Below, piece after piece: positions 27,772 to 37,681 of a stretch of 64,000 nucleotides of DNA (the stretch's first letter is position 1; every line of letters begins with the position of its first letter). The stretch is from the IMG/VR virus record IMGVR_UViG_3300021124_000001. One strand, 5' to 3'. A program made the translations under genes and the position numbers. Under the pieces are notes generated by a model. That model was given only the letters and a program-made list of their open reading frames with translations, was not told the DNA's origin and ran no database searches. The stretch is from a virus. Lineage: Duplodnaviria > Caudoviricetes.

Positions 27772-28335
27772 ATGAATATTTTTTATCTTAATTCCGACCC
27801 GGTAATTTGTGCACAACAACATGCGGATAAGCATACGATTAAAATGGTCTTGGAATATAGCCAACTCTTGTCCACAGCGCACCGGGTGATTGACGGCACA
27901 GAATCTACAGGCAAGTCTGCTTCTGGTCGTATGATGCGCCGGTGGGTTCTTCCTGATGACCGTGAAGGTAAACTATATAAGGCAACCCATATCAACCATC
28001 CTTCTGCCATATGGGTACGTAAGTCGTATGCAAATTATGTCTTTCTGTGGAAATTGTTAGAAGCACTCTGCACCGAATACACCTACCGCTATGGTAAAGT
28101 CCACAAGTGCCAAGAAACTGGTCTTGTTGATGAACTAATGTACCCACCGTTGAACATTCCTGCACATGTAGAATTCACAGAACCTACACCTGCAATGCCT
28201 GAACATGTCAAAGTTGCCGGTAGTTCTATCAAGTCATATCACAATTACTACATAAATAATAAGCAGCACTTGGCCAAATGGTCAGGTAAGATTAACTCTC
28301 GTAATGTCCCGGAGTGGTTTCATGCCCCGTTATGA
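27772..28335 (+). CDS. Pyrimidine-dimer glycosylase-related (DenV-like) protein
   Basis: MNIFYL..DP..CAQ.H.DKH..KM..E..QLLSTAH and THINHPS..W motifs. Confidence 0.7.
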   Translation: MNIFYLNSDPVICAQQHADKHTIKMVLEYSQLLSTAHRVIDGTESTGKSASGRMMRRWVLPDDREGKLYKATHINHPSAIWVRKSYANYVFLWKLLEALCTEYTYRYGKVHKCQETGLVDELMYPPLNIPAHVEFTEPTPAMPEHVKVAGSSIKSYHNYYINNKQHLAKWSGKINSRNVPEWFHAPL

Positions 28336-28606
28336 TTTTCTAAACAAAGACACAGGTGAAGTAGAAATTCACACTATGTCATACACCAAATTGGATGAAT
28401 TCAAGGAATCCAATCCACATCTTGAACGGTACTTTGCTGCCGAAGACCTTCCTGTCATGTCTGATGGTTCACGGCTAAGCACTCCTGGTATTGGTAAAAA
28501 AGACAGCACATTTGAAAAGTATGTGATTGACCGAATGAAAGCAACAATTCCAGGCAACACAATGGCTGGACACAAATCTTCCGGCCATAATATCAAAGAA
28601 TATTAA
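28322..28606 (+). CDS. FmdB-like small protein of T4-like phages
   Basis: MPRYDFLNKDTGE start; typical position upstream of phoH. Confidence 0.6.
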   Translation: MPRYDFLNKDTGEVEIHTMSYTKLDEFKESNPHLERYFAAEDLPVMSDGSRLSTPGIGKKDSTFEKYVIDRMKATIPGNTMAGHKSSGHNIKEY

Positions 28607-28611
28607 AACAT

Positions 28612-29247
28612 ATGTTTTTGGTCAACAAATACACTGAAAGATATAATTCTATTGTGCATAAAGCCAAAAATAGAAAGTTGGTCGAGGGTGTTTACTATGA
28701 GAAACACCACATTCTACCAAAATCTATGGGTGGCAAAAACAACAAGTGCAATTTAGTGAATTTAACACCAAAAGAACATTATGTCGTGCATCACCTTTTA
28801 ACAAAAATGTGTGAAGGTGATAATTCTAGAAAAATGAATTATGCTTTTTGGAAATTAAACATACGTTATAAAGATGAAAAAAGAACTAATATAAATTTTT
28901 CAACATTTGAAAAAATACGTGAAAAACAAAAAGAAAATATGTCAAAAACCATGACTGGTAGATTTGTCTCAGAAAAAGCCAGAGAATCTGTTAGAAATTC
29001 CAATAGACTAAGGGTTGGAGATAAACACCCCTTATTTGGTAAAAAAAGACCAAACCATGTTATTGAAGCCAGCAGAAAAGCAAACTTGGGTAATAAGTAT
29101 TGTTTAGGTAGAAAAGTTAGTGAAGAAACTAGAAAAAAAATGTCCGAATCCCAAAAAAATGTAGAAAAATTTGATTGTGGTATATGTGGTCGGAAAATTT
29201 CAGGAAAAGGTAATTTCACCCAACATACTAGGTCACATAAAATATAA
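28612..29247 (+). CDS. HNH homing endonuclease (Mob-like) with NUMOD3 repeats and Zn finger
   Basis: EKHHILPKSMGG..NLVNLTPKEHYVVHHLL; SEETRKKMS; CGICG. Confidence 0.88.
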   Translation: MFLVNKYTERYNSIVHKAKNRKLVEGVYYEKHHILPKSMGGKNNKCNLVNLTPKEHYVVHHLLTKMCEGDNSRKMNYAFWKLNIRYKDEKRTNINFSTFEKIREKQKENMSKTMTGRFVSEKARESVRNSNRLRVGDKHPLFGKKRPNHVIEASRKANLGNKYCLGRKVSEETRKKMSESQKNVEKFDCGICGRKISGKGNFTQHTRSHKI

Positions 29248-29424
29248 TGGTAAATCAACAAATTCCCGCACTTCTTGGCGGTGGTTACTACAAACCACCA
29301 GTTTATCAACAACAAGTTAAGAAGAAAAATCAACCAAAAGTCCCTGTACTGCTTAGAAAGGATACACCTGTCTACAACAAAACTTCCAAATAAAACTCAT
29401 AAACAACCAGCAAGGAAAGTTTCA

Positions 29425-30189
29425 ATGGCAAGCAATAGAAAAACTGCATTACAGAAGCGTGATGATTTGGCTGAAAGTGATGTTACATATATTCATCAAC
29501 CAGTCACATCTAACGCATTAAAAATTAAATTAGACCACTTGAAAACTTTTGAGGCGTTGACAGCGAATCAACAAAAGTTTTTTGATGCATATAAAAGAGG
29601 AGATTATTTCTTAGGACTGTTAGGTTCACCAGGTGTAGGTAAAACATTCTTAGCACTATATCGTGCAATAGAAGAAGTTTTAGACAAGAGCAATCCGTTT
29701 GAACATGTGGTTGTTGTCCGTTCAGCAGTTCAGGTTAGAGACCAAGGTTTTGTTCCTGGTACATTGGAAGAAAAGATGGAGATTTATGAAGTGCCATACA
29801 AAGAGATTTGTGAGACACTTTTCGGACGTAAAGATGCATGGGATAGATTGAAAGAACAGGGTTATGCTAGATTCATATCTACTACTGCTATTAGAGGTAT
29901 TTCTATTGATAATTCTATTATTATCGTAGATGAGTGCCAGTCTATGACGTTTCACGAGTTGAATTCAGTTATCTCTCGTGTTGGCCATAGATCGAAGATC
30001 ATTTTTGTTGGTGATTTGAAACAGAATGATTTGATTAAGAGTCGTAATGATATATCTGGATTGTCAGATTTCCTAGCTGTCGCACGTTCGATGGATGAAT
30101 ATAGTGAGATTTCATTTACACCTGATGACATTGTTCGTTCAAGTTTGGTGAAGTCGTGGATTGTTGCATGTGACCAGAAGGGCTTATAA
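29425..30189 (+). CDS. phoH: PhoH-family ATPase
   Basis: GSPGVGKT, GFVPGTLEEK, IRG, VDECQ, GDLKQND and DIVRSSLVK motifs. Confidence 0.93.
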   Translation: MASNRKTALQKRDDLAESDVTYIHQPVTSNALKIKLDHLKTFEALTANQQKFFDAYKRGDYFLGLLGSPGVGKTFLALYRAIEEVLDKSNPFEHVVVVRSAVQVRDQGFVPGTLEEKMEIYEVPYKEICETLFGRKDAWDRLKEQGYARFISTTAIRGISIDNSIIIVDECQSMTFHELNSVISRVGHRSKIIFVGDLKQNDLIKSRNDISGLSDFLAVARSMDEYSEISFTPDDIVRSSLVKSWIVACDQKGL

Positions 30190-30192
30190 ATA
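30185..30192 (+). promoter_or_regulatory. T4-type late promoter
   Basis: Exact TATAAATA at the phoH stop, heading the 30.2-36.6 kb cluster. Confidence 0.75.
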
Positions 30193-30227
30193 CTGTAGGA
30201 TTATTTTAATAATAGGAATTGAGTAAA

Positions 30228-30863
30228 ATGACACCTTCAAGTGGACAAATCAGGTTAGCTGGGGATATAGGACAATCCTCTTTAGGATCCAGTTATGCGG
30301 GTTTTTTAACCACTAACGTGGCTATAAGTAACTATTATCTCGGTGGAACGTATATACCTAACGTTTCTGGTTTGGGCAGCAATACTTCTGTACCCACTTC
30401 TGGCCAAATATCATTTTCACAACTTTGGAATGTTTATGGTTACAAGAGATTGTCATTTAACATAACTTTTGGTAGCTCGTCTTATGCCAGCGGCAAGTCT
30501 ACTTATTCTGTATCTGGTTATTCCCTTGCAGCCGCCAGCAATCCATTTAATGTCGCGGGAGCCTATGGTTCAATATCATCATCATCGTTTACTACATTTC
30601 GTGGAGCATATCAGATTGTTGGACTTTATTATGACCAACAAAACGGCTCCAGAATAATTCTCGCTTTAAAAGGACCTTCAGCTCCACAAGATACCGATTT
30701 GGATTATATTGCTTTTTATGAAGCATACCATGGTGTAGTTTTTGCAAGAAGTGCTAGGAATGCAACTTACACATCCGGTACTGTTCGAACCTGGTGGACT
30801 AATCCTACATATACATTTCCCTCTTCTGGAACATATGGGGGATACTTAAACTATTACGGTTAA
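30228..30863 (+). CDS. Ser/Gly/Tyr-rich virion accessory or adhesin-like protein
   Basis: Repeated P(S/T)SGQI motif of the type found at N-termini of small fibre-tip proteins; beta-rich composition. Confidence 0.55.
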   Translation: MTPSSGQIRLAGDIGQSSLGSSYAGFLTTNVAISNYYLGGTYIPNVSGLGSNTSVPTSGQISFSQLWNVYGYKRLSFNITFGSSSYASGKSTYSVSGYSLAAASNPFNVAGAYGSISSSSFTTFRGAYQIVGLYYDQQNGSRIILALKGPSAPQDTDLDYIAFYEAYHGVVFARSARNATYTSGTVRTWWTNPTYTFPSSGTYGGYLNYYG

Positions 30864-30881
30864 TTTGGAGATTTTATTATT

Positions 30882-31202
30882 ATGAACGAAACAGAACGAA
30901 ATTTTGTGCCATTTAAGATGGTGATTAAAGACTATAAATTTGATGGAACTTTCTTTGTGGAATACATTCCAAAAGATCCTAATTTGGCACCATATACATA
31001 TGGAGTAACTTTGCCATACCACGAATCACCATCACCCTCAAAAGAAGAAATTATTTCTAGACTCGCTGGGGGTAGTCCACAGGATTTTTGGAATTATGAG
31101 ATTGAATCTAAAAAATTTGATGACTCGAAAAGAAAATCGTTAGTAGGTTCAGTATTTGAAAATGCTCAGGAACTCATGCCTAAAAATTTATTAGGATCAT
31201 AA
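30882..31202 (+). CDS. Hypothetical protein, paralog A
   Basis: PFxMxIKxY..DGT..VEYxP...ISRLA..SPQ..W shared with next ORF. Confidence 0.7.
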   Translation: MNETERNFVPFKMVIKDYKFDGTFFVEYIPKDPNLAPYTYGVTLPYHESPSPSKEEIISRLAGGSPQDFWNYEIESKKFDDSKRKSLVGSVFENAQELMPKNLLGS

Positions 31203-31214
31203 AAAGGAACAATA

Positions 31215-31583
31215 ATGGACAACACACTTATACCATTCACGATGGAAATCAAAAAGTATCATGAAGATGGCACTTATCTTGTAGAATATAGACCTACAGA
31301 CAACACAACTTACCAAAATATCGAATTTGCTATTACCATTTCATTAGAAGATACTGATGCTCAGACCGAAGAAAAGATACTATCTCGTTTAGCATCTTGC
31401 AGCCCTCAACACTACTGGAAACAACAAGAACTCGCAAAGAATTTTGATGCTACTATGCGTAAATCTCTTGTAGGAACTGTACATGAAGATGCACATAGTA
31501 TGGTACCTGTGGTTAACACTCCTGTGGATGATCCAACATTGAGAATGCCTGAAGCAAGTACAATTCCAACACAAACTGTGTAA
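31215..31583 (+). CDS. Hypothetical protein, paralog B
   Basis: Tandem paralog of 30882..31202. Confidence 0.7.
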   Translation: MDNTLIPFTMEIKKYHEDGTYLVEYRPTDNTTYQNIEFAITISLEDTDAQTEEKILSRLASCSPQHYWKQQELAKNFDATMRKSLVGTVHEDAHSMVPVVNTPVDDPTLRMPEASTIPTQTV

Positions 31584-31586
31584 TAT

Positions 31587-32291
31587 ATGGGCATTCTCAA
31601 TAAGTTTCTAAGATTCTTAGAACGACATGGTAGAAAAACAGTGTTGGTTGATCCGGCAGGTAATGTCATGTTCAACCGATACTTTGTATTCTATAAAGAA
31701 GATCCAGAAGATACTCGATGGATCGCAAACTTACCAAACATTTTTATCCATGAATTCATCAGGCCTTATAAACCTGATGGTGGTGTAGATCATGAACACC
31801 CATGGCCAACTGTTTCTTTTATGGTTTCTGGTTCATATACAGAAAACTTAAATGGTGTGGACATTGTACGCAAAGCTGGTGATGTAATCAAAATGGATCA
31901 CAACGATGTTCACACAATCGTTTCAGTTGAACCAGTAACAACAACCATTTTCTGTCATGGTTTCAAAAGGCACCCATGGTTCTTTAAACCTAAGAAATGC
32001 GAAAATGTCTGTGAGACTTGTGCTAAGAATTTTGGTAAATGTTATCTAGAAAACAAAAAGTTTGAATATGATGAGGCAGCAACCCAATTCGACAAACAAG
32101 AACATCAATGGCGTGCACCGAAATGGTTCGATTGGACTCCAGATTTAGAGAAGAAGCTGGAACGTAGAAAACGTGCAACCGAAAAGATGGCCATCAAAAT
32201 GCCTCAAAGCCAAGAAGAACGTGTCAAGTTAATGATACAGCATTCCAAATATATGGTTGATGATAGTAAGGTGACAAAACTGGAGATATAA
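31587..32291 (+). CDS. Cupin-fold protein with Cys cluster
   Basis: DHEHPW...SGSYTE...H cupin metal ligands; CENVCETC.....C. Confidence 0.7.
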   Translation: MGILNKFLRFLERHGRKTVLVDPAGNVMFNRYFVFYKEDPEDTRWIANLPNIFIHEFIRPYKPDGGVDHEHPWPTVSFMVSGSYTENLNGVDIVRKAGDVIKMDHNDVHTIVSVEPVTTTIFCHGFKRHPWFFKPKKCENVCETCAKNFGKCYLENKKFEYDEAATQFDKQEHQWRAPKWFDWTPDLEKKLERRKRATEKMAIKMPQSQEERVKLMIQHSKYMVDDSKVTKLEI

Positions 32292-32292
32292 T

Positions 32293-33198
32293 ATGAAGTT
32301 GACAACCTTGAAAAATGGTTGGACAGTTAAGATTGAAGATGTTGATTTAAACAATTTGACGGATGAAGAAGTTAATATCATCGGTTGCTTGGTTGGTACT
32401 AGGGCTGTAGTCGTAATTAAAAATCAAGAACATCTAACAGTCGAACAAGAAGTAAAATTCTTAAAACGTTTTGGCACACCTGCCGCAGATAATCCAAACG
32501 TTAAGTCTGTAGTAATCGATAACTCAGAAAGAATTCTACGTAGGGTATCTGGCCAAAAAGACAAAGATGGTGTGCACATCGGCATGTTTCCCTTGACTAA
32601 AGAGTTACATTGGCACGCCGATGCAATTGAAGACCCCGATAGAAAACCGGTGCTATACTTGCGAGGAGTATCTGGTGTTAAGGGCAGTATAACCAATTTC
32701 ACCAATCATTCTATCGTGTGGAACTCTTTGAATCCAATTTTCAAAACCAAATTGGAACAAATGAATCTACAAGTGTTACATGAACACGACCAAACCGGTA
32801 GATGGGACCAAACAATGCTTGACTTATACGGAACTACCGTAAGAAAGTCCATGTATAAATCTGAAGCCGATCTTCCATATCTAATACACAAAAATCAATT
32901 TGGCACAGAAGGCTTGTTTCTATCTTTCTTACAATTTGGTAAATTTGTTGGAATGAGCATCGAAGATAGTAAAACACTTCTTGAAAAATTGAAATATACA
33001 ATCACACACACTAAAAACGTAAGATATAAACATGAATGGGAAGACGGTGATGTTGTGCTTGCTGACCAATGGTTGGGCATACATAAACGTAATGAGTTTG
33101 AACACATTGAAAAAAGAATGTTACACCGAGCAACTTTAGATTATTCTAACATTGATGTATCATTTAAAGAAACGGCACTGAATTTATTAGAGGTTTAA
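32293..33198 (+). CDS. TauD/TfdA-family Fe(II)/2OG dioxygenase
   Basis: WHAD...HEWEDGDVVLADQWLGIHKR...RMLHRAT. Confidence 0.85.
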   Translation: MKLTTLKNGWTVKIEDVDLNNLTDEEVNIIGCLVGTRAVVVIKNQEHLTVEQEVKFLKRFGTPAADNPNVKSVVIDNSERILRRVSGQKDKDGVHIGMFPLTKELHWHADAIEDPDRKPVLYLRGVSGVKGSITNFTNHSIVWNSLNPIFKTKLEQMNLQVLHEHDQTGRWDQTMLDLYGTTVRKSMYKSEADLPYLIHKNQFGTEGLFLSFLQFGKFVGMSIEDSKTLLEKLKYTITHTKNVRYKHEWEDGDVVLADQWLGIHKRNEFEHIEKRMLHRATLDYSNIDVSFKETALNLLEV

Positions 33199-33199
33199 A

Positions 33200-33649
33200 A
33201 TGATTTACAGTGAAGAAAAGTCTGATACGATCCTTAATAGAAAAGACTTTCTTGAAATACATTATGATGAGTTAGCTCTACACAAAGAAACGATCCCATT
33301 AGATCCAGACTACGAACGTTATTTGTCTTTAGAAGCAAAGAATCAACTAAAGGTGTATACATTAAGAACGGATGAACATGTATTGATTGGATATGCAGTG
33401 TTTATCATAACACCAATGTTGCATTATAAAAGCACCATATGTGCGGCCAATGATCTACTGTATATCGATAAGAAATACCGTCAAGGTATGACTGGTGTAA
33501 AGTTCATCAAGTATTGTGAATCAAAAATAAAAGAATGTGGTGTAGACAAGATCACATGGCACATTAAAGAGTCAAACAACTTTGTACCAATTCTAAAGAG
33601 AATGGGATACATAACAGAAGACATTATTGTTGGGAAAGTGTTGAAATGA
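33200..33649 (+). CDS. GNAT acetyltransferase
   Basis: LYIDKKYRQGMTG acetyl-CoA motif A; ILKRMGY. Confidence 0.8.
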   Translation: MIYSEEKSDTILNRKDFLEIHYDELALHKETIPLDPDYERYLSLEAKNQLKVYTLRTDEHVLIGYAVFIITPMLHYKSTICAANDLLYIDKKYRQGMTGVKFIKYCESKIKECGVDKITWHIKESNNFVPILKRMGYITEDIIVGKVLK

Positions 33650-34146
33650 TTAAGTTTAAAAAAATTGTTGACGGTGAATTCACTATCTTTGAAGTTACTG
33701 GACTCCCAGGAGACACCATTCGTACCGAAGCTGAGTCTGATAGAGAACGAGATAAGCTGGCCGCATCTTGGTATTATGTGAAAGGCTTAACAAACACTTA
33801 TAGAGAAGATGGTAGTTTGTTTGTCACAAGATATCCTGATACATTCTCTCGTGAGTTGGATGTCTTACCGAAAGGAAAATACAATAACATCATAGAAGAA
33901 GAAATTCTGTATTACTGTATGAGTAGAACAGATAAGGCTCCATTAGACATAAACATCTTTCGCAAAAATAATGGCGAGACCTTTGATGTAGCAAAAGGTA
34001 ACCACATATTCGTAGCATCAGGCCTAGTAACTATACATTCAAGTCGTGGTGATTTTGATGCTGCCGCTCCTGCAATTATAAATGTCGAGAGTGAGGACGT
34101 TACAATCACTTCTCATTCAAAATCAGTTTCTTTTAGATTGAAATGA
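33646..34146 (+). CDS. Hypothetical beta-rich protein, possibly cupin-like
   Basis: ATGA-coupled in the cluster. Confidence 0.6.
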   Translation: MIKFKKIVDGEFTIFEVTGLPGDTIRTEAESDRERDKLAASWYYVKGLTNTYREDGSLFVTRYPDTFSRELDVLPKGKYNNIIEEEILYYCMSRTDKAPLDINIFRKNNGETFDVAKGNHIFVASGLVTIHSSRGDFDAAAPAIINVESEDVTITSHSKSVSFRLK

Positions 34147-34757
34147 TTTTAGAATATAATCCAAATAAGCCGAATTGGTACTATTCATATGTTAATATAC
34201 CAAATTTGGAAAAAATAAAAGAAGAACTTTTATTTGTAAGAGAGAACGTTAGCCCTAGTTCACTGACACAAATACACTATTCCGCCTATTTCACAAAAGA
34301 TGTGGTTGATTATGTTCCCAATTTATATGAATATCTAAAGAGTGTTGGTTTACATGAAAAGTTGCATTATATTCTTTTTTCTGCTAAAAACGCACCAGGA
34401 ACACCACTTCAAAAATCTAATATCCACATTGACCACATAGACAAAAGAATCACACACTCATTAAACATACCACTGCTTGATTGTGAAAATACACATACGG
34501 TTTGGTATAAGGGACAGGTAAGATTTTTAGTAGAAAAAGTTCTTAGTTCGGGTGTAAAACAGTTAAAGCACTATGCACTTTTAGATGAAGAATTGGCGAC
34601 CGAGATGTGTAGAGTTGAAACGGTTCGTCCCATGTTAGTTAATACGTCCATTCCACACAGAGGAATACACAATTGTCCGACTCGTATATTATCGGGCATT
34701 AGATTTCTTCCCGACCTAACAGATGCCGAAGTTCAAAGGATTTGTAATGTCGATTGA
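34143..34757 (+). CDS. Putative Fe(II) oxygenase (DSBH), paralog 1
   Basis: HID...LNIPL...NTSIPH...R. Confidence 0.7.
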   Translation: MILEYNPNKPNWYYSYVNIPNLEKIKEELLFVRENVSPSSLTQIHYSAYFTKDVVDYVPNLYEYLKSVGLHEKLHYILFSAKNAPGTPLQKSNIHIDHIDKRITHSLNIPLLDCENTHTVWYKGQVRFLVEKVLSSGVKQLKHYALLDEELATEMCRVETVRPMLVNTSIPHRGIHNCPTRILSGIRFLPDLTDAEVQRICNVD

Positions 34758-35382
34758 TTATGGAAATATTGTTACCGCAAAAATGAAACTCGGTAAGTAC
34801 CAACCTATTGACACACACTGGCGTTATAGTTACACCGATATACCAAATTTGAAAACTATCGAAAAAGAATTGATAACTCTGTTTAAGTCTGATGCTCCAA
34901 GAAAACAGTTTTCTCCTTTCTACGTGAATGTGTACAAGCAAGATGTAAAAAATTGCCCTAAACTTTTAGAATATATTGATGGCTTAGGGCTACTGCATAA
35001 GTTTATGCGAGTTTTATTTTCAATCTCTGGTGGCCTAGATATTAACACATCATTACCACATGCAGATTCGTTTGAACCAACAATCGGAATCAGATACTCA
35101 TTGAACATACCTCTGATTGATGCGGAAGATAGTTACACAGCCTTTTATGATAAAGAGATTGGTAGTGATGTTTATTATGGACCTGAAACTAGAACTGCAT
35201 ATGCACATACCATGGAAGGTTTAACAGAAATTGACAGGCTATATTACACTCAACCAGCAATATTGAATACATCTATTATGCATGTTGGTAGAGCAACAAG
35301 TCTAGATAGACTTCTAGCCGGAATTAGGTTTACACCTGAGTTAACGTATGAAGAACTTTCTAGGTTTGGTGTCAAACTGTAA
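34747..35382 (+). CDS. Putative Fe(II) oxygenase, paralog 2
   Basis: HAD...LNIPL...NTSIMH...R. Confidence 0.7.
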   Translation: MSIDYGNIVTAKMKLGKYQPIDTHWRYSYTDIPNLKTIEKELITLFKSDAPRKQFSPFYVNVYKQDVKNCPKLLEYIDGLGLLHKFMRVLFSISGGLDINTSLPHADSFEPTIGIRYSLNIPLIDAEDSYTAFYDKEIGSDVYYGPETRTAYAHTMEGLTEIDRLYYTQPAILNTSIMHVGRATSLDRLLAGIRFTPELTYEELSRFGVKL

Positions 35383-35391
35383 GGATCAATC

Positions 35392-35991
35392 TTGACTTAT
35401 ACACCAGATTACCCTAGTTGGTACTACTCTTATTTGGATATACCAAACTTGGAACAAATTCAAAAAGAACTGATATATGTTTCTGAGAATTGTGTAGTCA
35501 GTCACAATGGAGAATTGTTTTACCAATACTATAGGCAAAATTTTATACAGTATACTCCAACATTGAATGAATATTTGAAACAACTTGGTCTATATGATAA
35601 GTTACATAAATCTTTGTTTCCTATGCCAAATAAAGAACATACGATACATGTGGATGCATACGACAAACATATAAAATACTCACTCAATATACCATTGCTA
35701 GACTACTCAGGAACTTACACTGCATGGTATGATGTTCCAGTTATATTCGCAGAACAAAAGAAAAGACCTGGCCAACTAAGTAATGATTTACTTAGAGTTC
35801 CTGCGGTTGCAACAGACCAAAATGCGGAACCAACACACTTAGCAGAGATTACTGGACCGATGTTAATCAACACAACTATTCCACACAGAAGAATTACCCT
35901 CAATAAGAAAAGACTTATGTGTACGTTAAAGTTTTGGCCCGAGTTAACACTTGAAGAAGTCAACAGACTTGGTGTAAAATTGGAAAAATAA
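35392..35991 (+). CDS. Putative Fe(II) oxygenase, paralog 3
   Basis: HVD...LNIPL...NTTIPH...R. Confidence 0.7.
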   Translation: MTYTPDYPSWYYSYLDIPNLEQIQKELIYVSENCVVSHNGELFYQYYRQNFIQYTPTLNEYLKQLGLYDKLHKSLFPMPNKEHTIHVDAYDKHIKYSLNIPLLDYSGTYTAWYDVPVIFAEQKKRPGQLSNDLLRVPAVATDQNAEPTHLAEITGPMLINTTIPHRRITLNKKRLMCTLKFWPELTLEEVNRLGVKLEK

Positions 35992-35992
35992 A

Positions 35993-36562
35993 ATGAAATA
36001 TTGGAAACAAGTAGACATAGGTGATTTCACCAAATGGACAGAAAAAGTAAATAGTTACTTCAACACAGTTTATCACACAAGGCCAAGACACGAGTTGTTA
36101 AAAAATAACACATTTTGGAATCCAGTTTCACCAGAAGATATTGATTTATATTTTCCTGAGTTAGTTGAAAGCACAGCTCAATTTGGAGAAATCAATGAGG
36201 TGTCAATCCTATTGTTGTCGTGGGATTCCAGTACATTACACATAGATCATACGATAGGAAAAAACCAAGACAAGATGGCTAGATTAAACATTCCTATATT
36301 AAATTGTGAAGGTTCTCATACTGCTTTCTTTGAATTGTCTCCTGAAGTCTTTAACACACACCAATCAACACAAGGTGGCAGTAAATTTTGGTCTTCCGAA
36401 TTGAGAAACGCACTAACACCAGTTACGTCCGTAGAACTAATACAACCCACAATTCTCAGGACATCAACTCCACATACAGTTTTTTGTAAAACCAATAAAT
36501 TTCCTAGAATATCCTTGACAGTCTCTTTTAAAGATGATATAGTAAGATTCCTAGATGAATGA
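35993..36562 (+). CDS. Putative Fe(II) oxygenase, paralog 4
   Basis: HID...LNIPI...TSTPH...R. Confidence 0.7.
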   Translation: MKYWKQVDIGDFTKWTEKVNSYFNTVYHTRPRHELLKNNTFWNPVSPEDIDLYFPELVESTAQFGEINEVSILLLSWDSSTLHIDHTIGKNQDKMARLNIPILNCEGSHTAFFELSPEVFNTHQSTQGGSKFWSSELRNALTPVTSVELIQPTILRTSTPHTVFCKTNKFPRISLTVSFKDDIVRFLDE

Positions 36563-36570
36563 TTTAAATT

Positions 36571-37224
36571 ATGTTTAATTATTGCCCACCTAAAGTCCTT
36601 GCCGACTTAAAATCGCAGACTTTTCCTGATGGCAGAAGATACTACACAACACCAGACGGTGTAAAACTTCCATCTGTTACAACCGTTATTGGTGCAAAAG
36701 GTAAACAGGCCATCATGGAGTGGCGTAAACGTGTTGGCAATGAAGAAGCCAATCGAGTATCGAAGAAAGCATCATCCAGAGGTACCAACGTACATACCTT
36801 GTGTGAACGTTATCTGAACAATGAACCGCTAGGGAAGATCATGCCTGATGCGTTGGAGTTGTTCCTACCACTAAAACCACACCTAAATCGCATCAACAAC
36901 ATTCATTACCAAGAATGTGCACTGTGGTCATTACAACTAGGCATGGCCGGACGTGTTGATTGTATTGCTGAATTTGATGGTGTCTTGTCTGTAATTGACT
37001 TCAAGACATCTAAGCGCATCAAGAAAAAGGAAGACATTGATTCCTACTTTGCACAATGTGTTGCATATGCTTGCATGTATGAAGAACTCATTGGACGTGG
37101 AATAGACCAAATAGTCATTATCATGGCTGTGGAGAACTCGGAACCTCTCGTTTTTATTGAAAAAACAGAGGATCACATAAATACCTTATTGGAATACATC
37201 ACTTTCTATAAAGAAAATGGTTGA
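36571..37224 (+). CDS. PD-(D/E)XK exonuclease (Cas4/RecB-like) of T4-like phages
   Basis: PSVTTV, RGTNVH, AGRVDCI, IDFKTS and Q..AY motifs. Confidence 0.88.
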   Translation: MFNYCPPKVLADLKSQTFPDGRRYYTTPDGVKLPSVTTVIGAKGKQAIMEWRKRVGNEEANRVSKKASSRGTNVHTLCERYLNNEPLGKIMPDALELFLPLKPHLNRINNIHYQECALWSLQLGMAGRVDCIAEFDGVLSVIDFKTSKRIKKKEDIDSYFAQCVAYACMYEELIGRGIDQIVIIMAVENSEPLVFIEKTEDHINTLLEYITFYKENG

Positions 37225-37255
37225 CAAACTCTCCAAGAAAGGATATAATATGTCC

Positions 37256-37549
37256 ATGAAATCGAAAATTTTAGGAATTGTTGTTCTTCTGATGGCAGGT
37301 TCTGCATCTGCACATTGGCACGGTGGTTGTTGCTACCGTTCTTATGGTGGATGGGTTGCACCAGCATTAATTGGTGGTGTTATCGGTTATGAATTGTCAC
37401 GTCCCAATGTGATAGTTCAACCACCTGTAGTAGTACAACAACCACAGATCATTACTGACCCAAATATGGTTGTCATTAATGGTGTATTGTATCGTAAAGA
37501 ACACACCTTGATAAATGGTGTGATGCAAGAGGTACTTATTAAGCAATGA
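37256..37549 (+). CDS. Secreted or membrane Pro/Val-rich small protein
   Basis: Signal peptide ending ASA; QPPVVVQQP; TTGACA-17-TATAAT (37221-37249) immediately upstream. Confidence 0.65.
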   Translation: MKSKILGIVVLLMAGSASAHWHGGCCYRSYGGWVAPALIGGVIGYELSRPNVIVQPPVVVQQPQIITDPNMVVINGVLYRKEHTLINGVMQEVLIKQ

Positions 37550-37677
37550 AAGTCAAAAAGTTAGTTCAAAAATTAAACCGGGCCGAGTTACAACATAACT
37601 TGGAAAAGGCTAAAAAGTTTTGGATGAAGTTATTGAAGAAGTCGCTTAAAGGTAAGCACACCGAATCGGTGCGCTAA
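37546..37677 (+). CDS. Basic microprotein (43 aa)
   Basis: GAGG RBS, ATGA coupling; MKVKKLVQKLNRAELQ... Confidence 0.5.
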   Translation: MKVKKLVQKLNRAELQHNLEKAKKFWMKLLKKSLKGKHTESVR

Positions 37678-37681
37678 TAAT

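Noticed and set aside
36571-37224. Cas4 as part of a CRISPR system
   Set aside because: Stand-alone exonuclease typical of T4-like genomes, with no array or other cas genes
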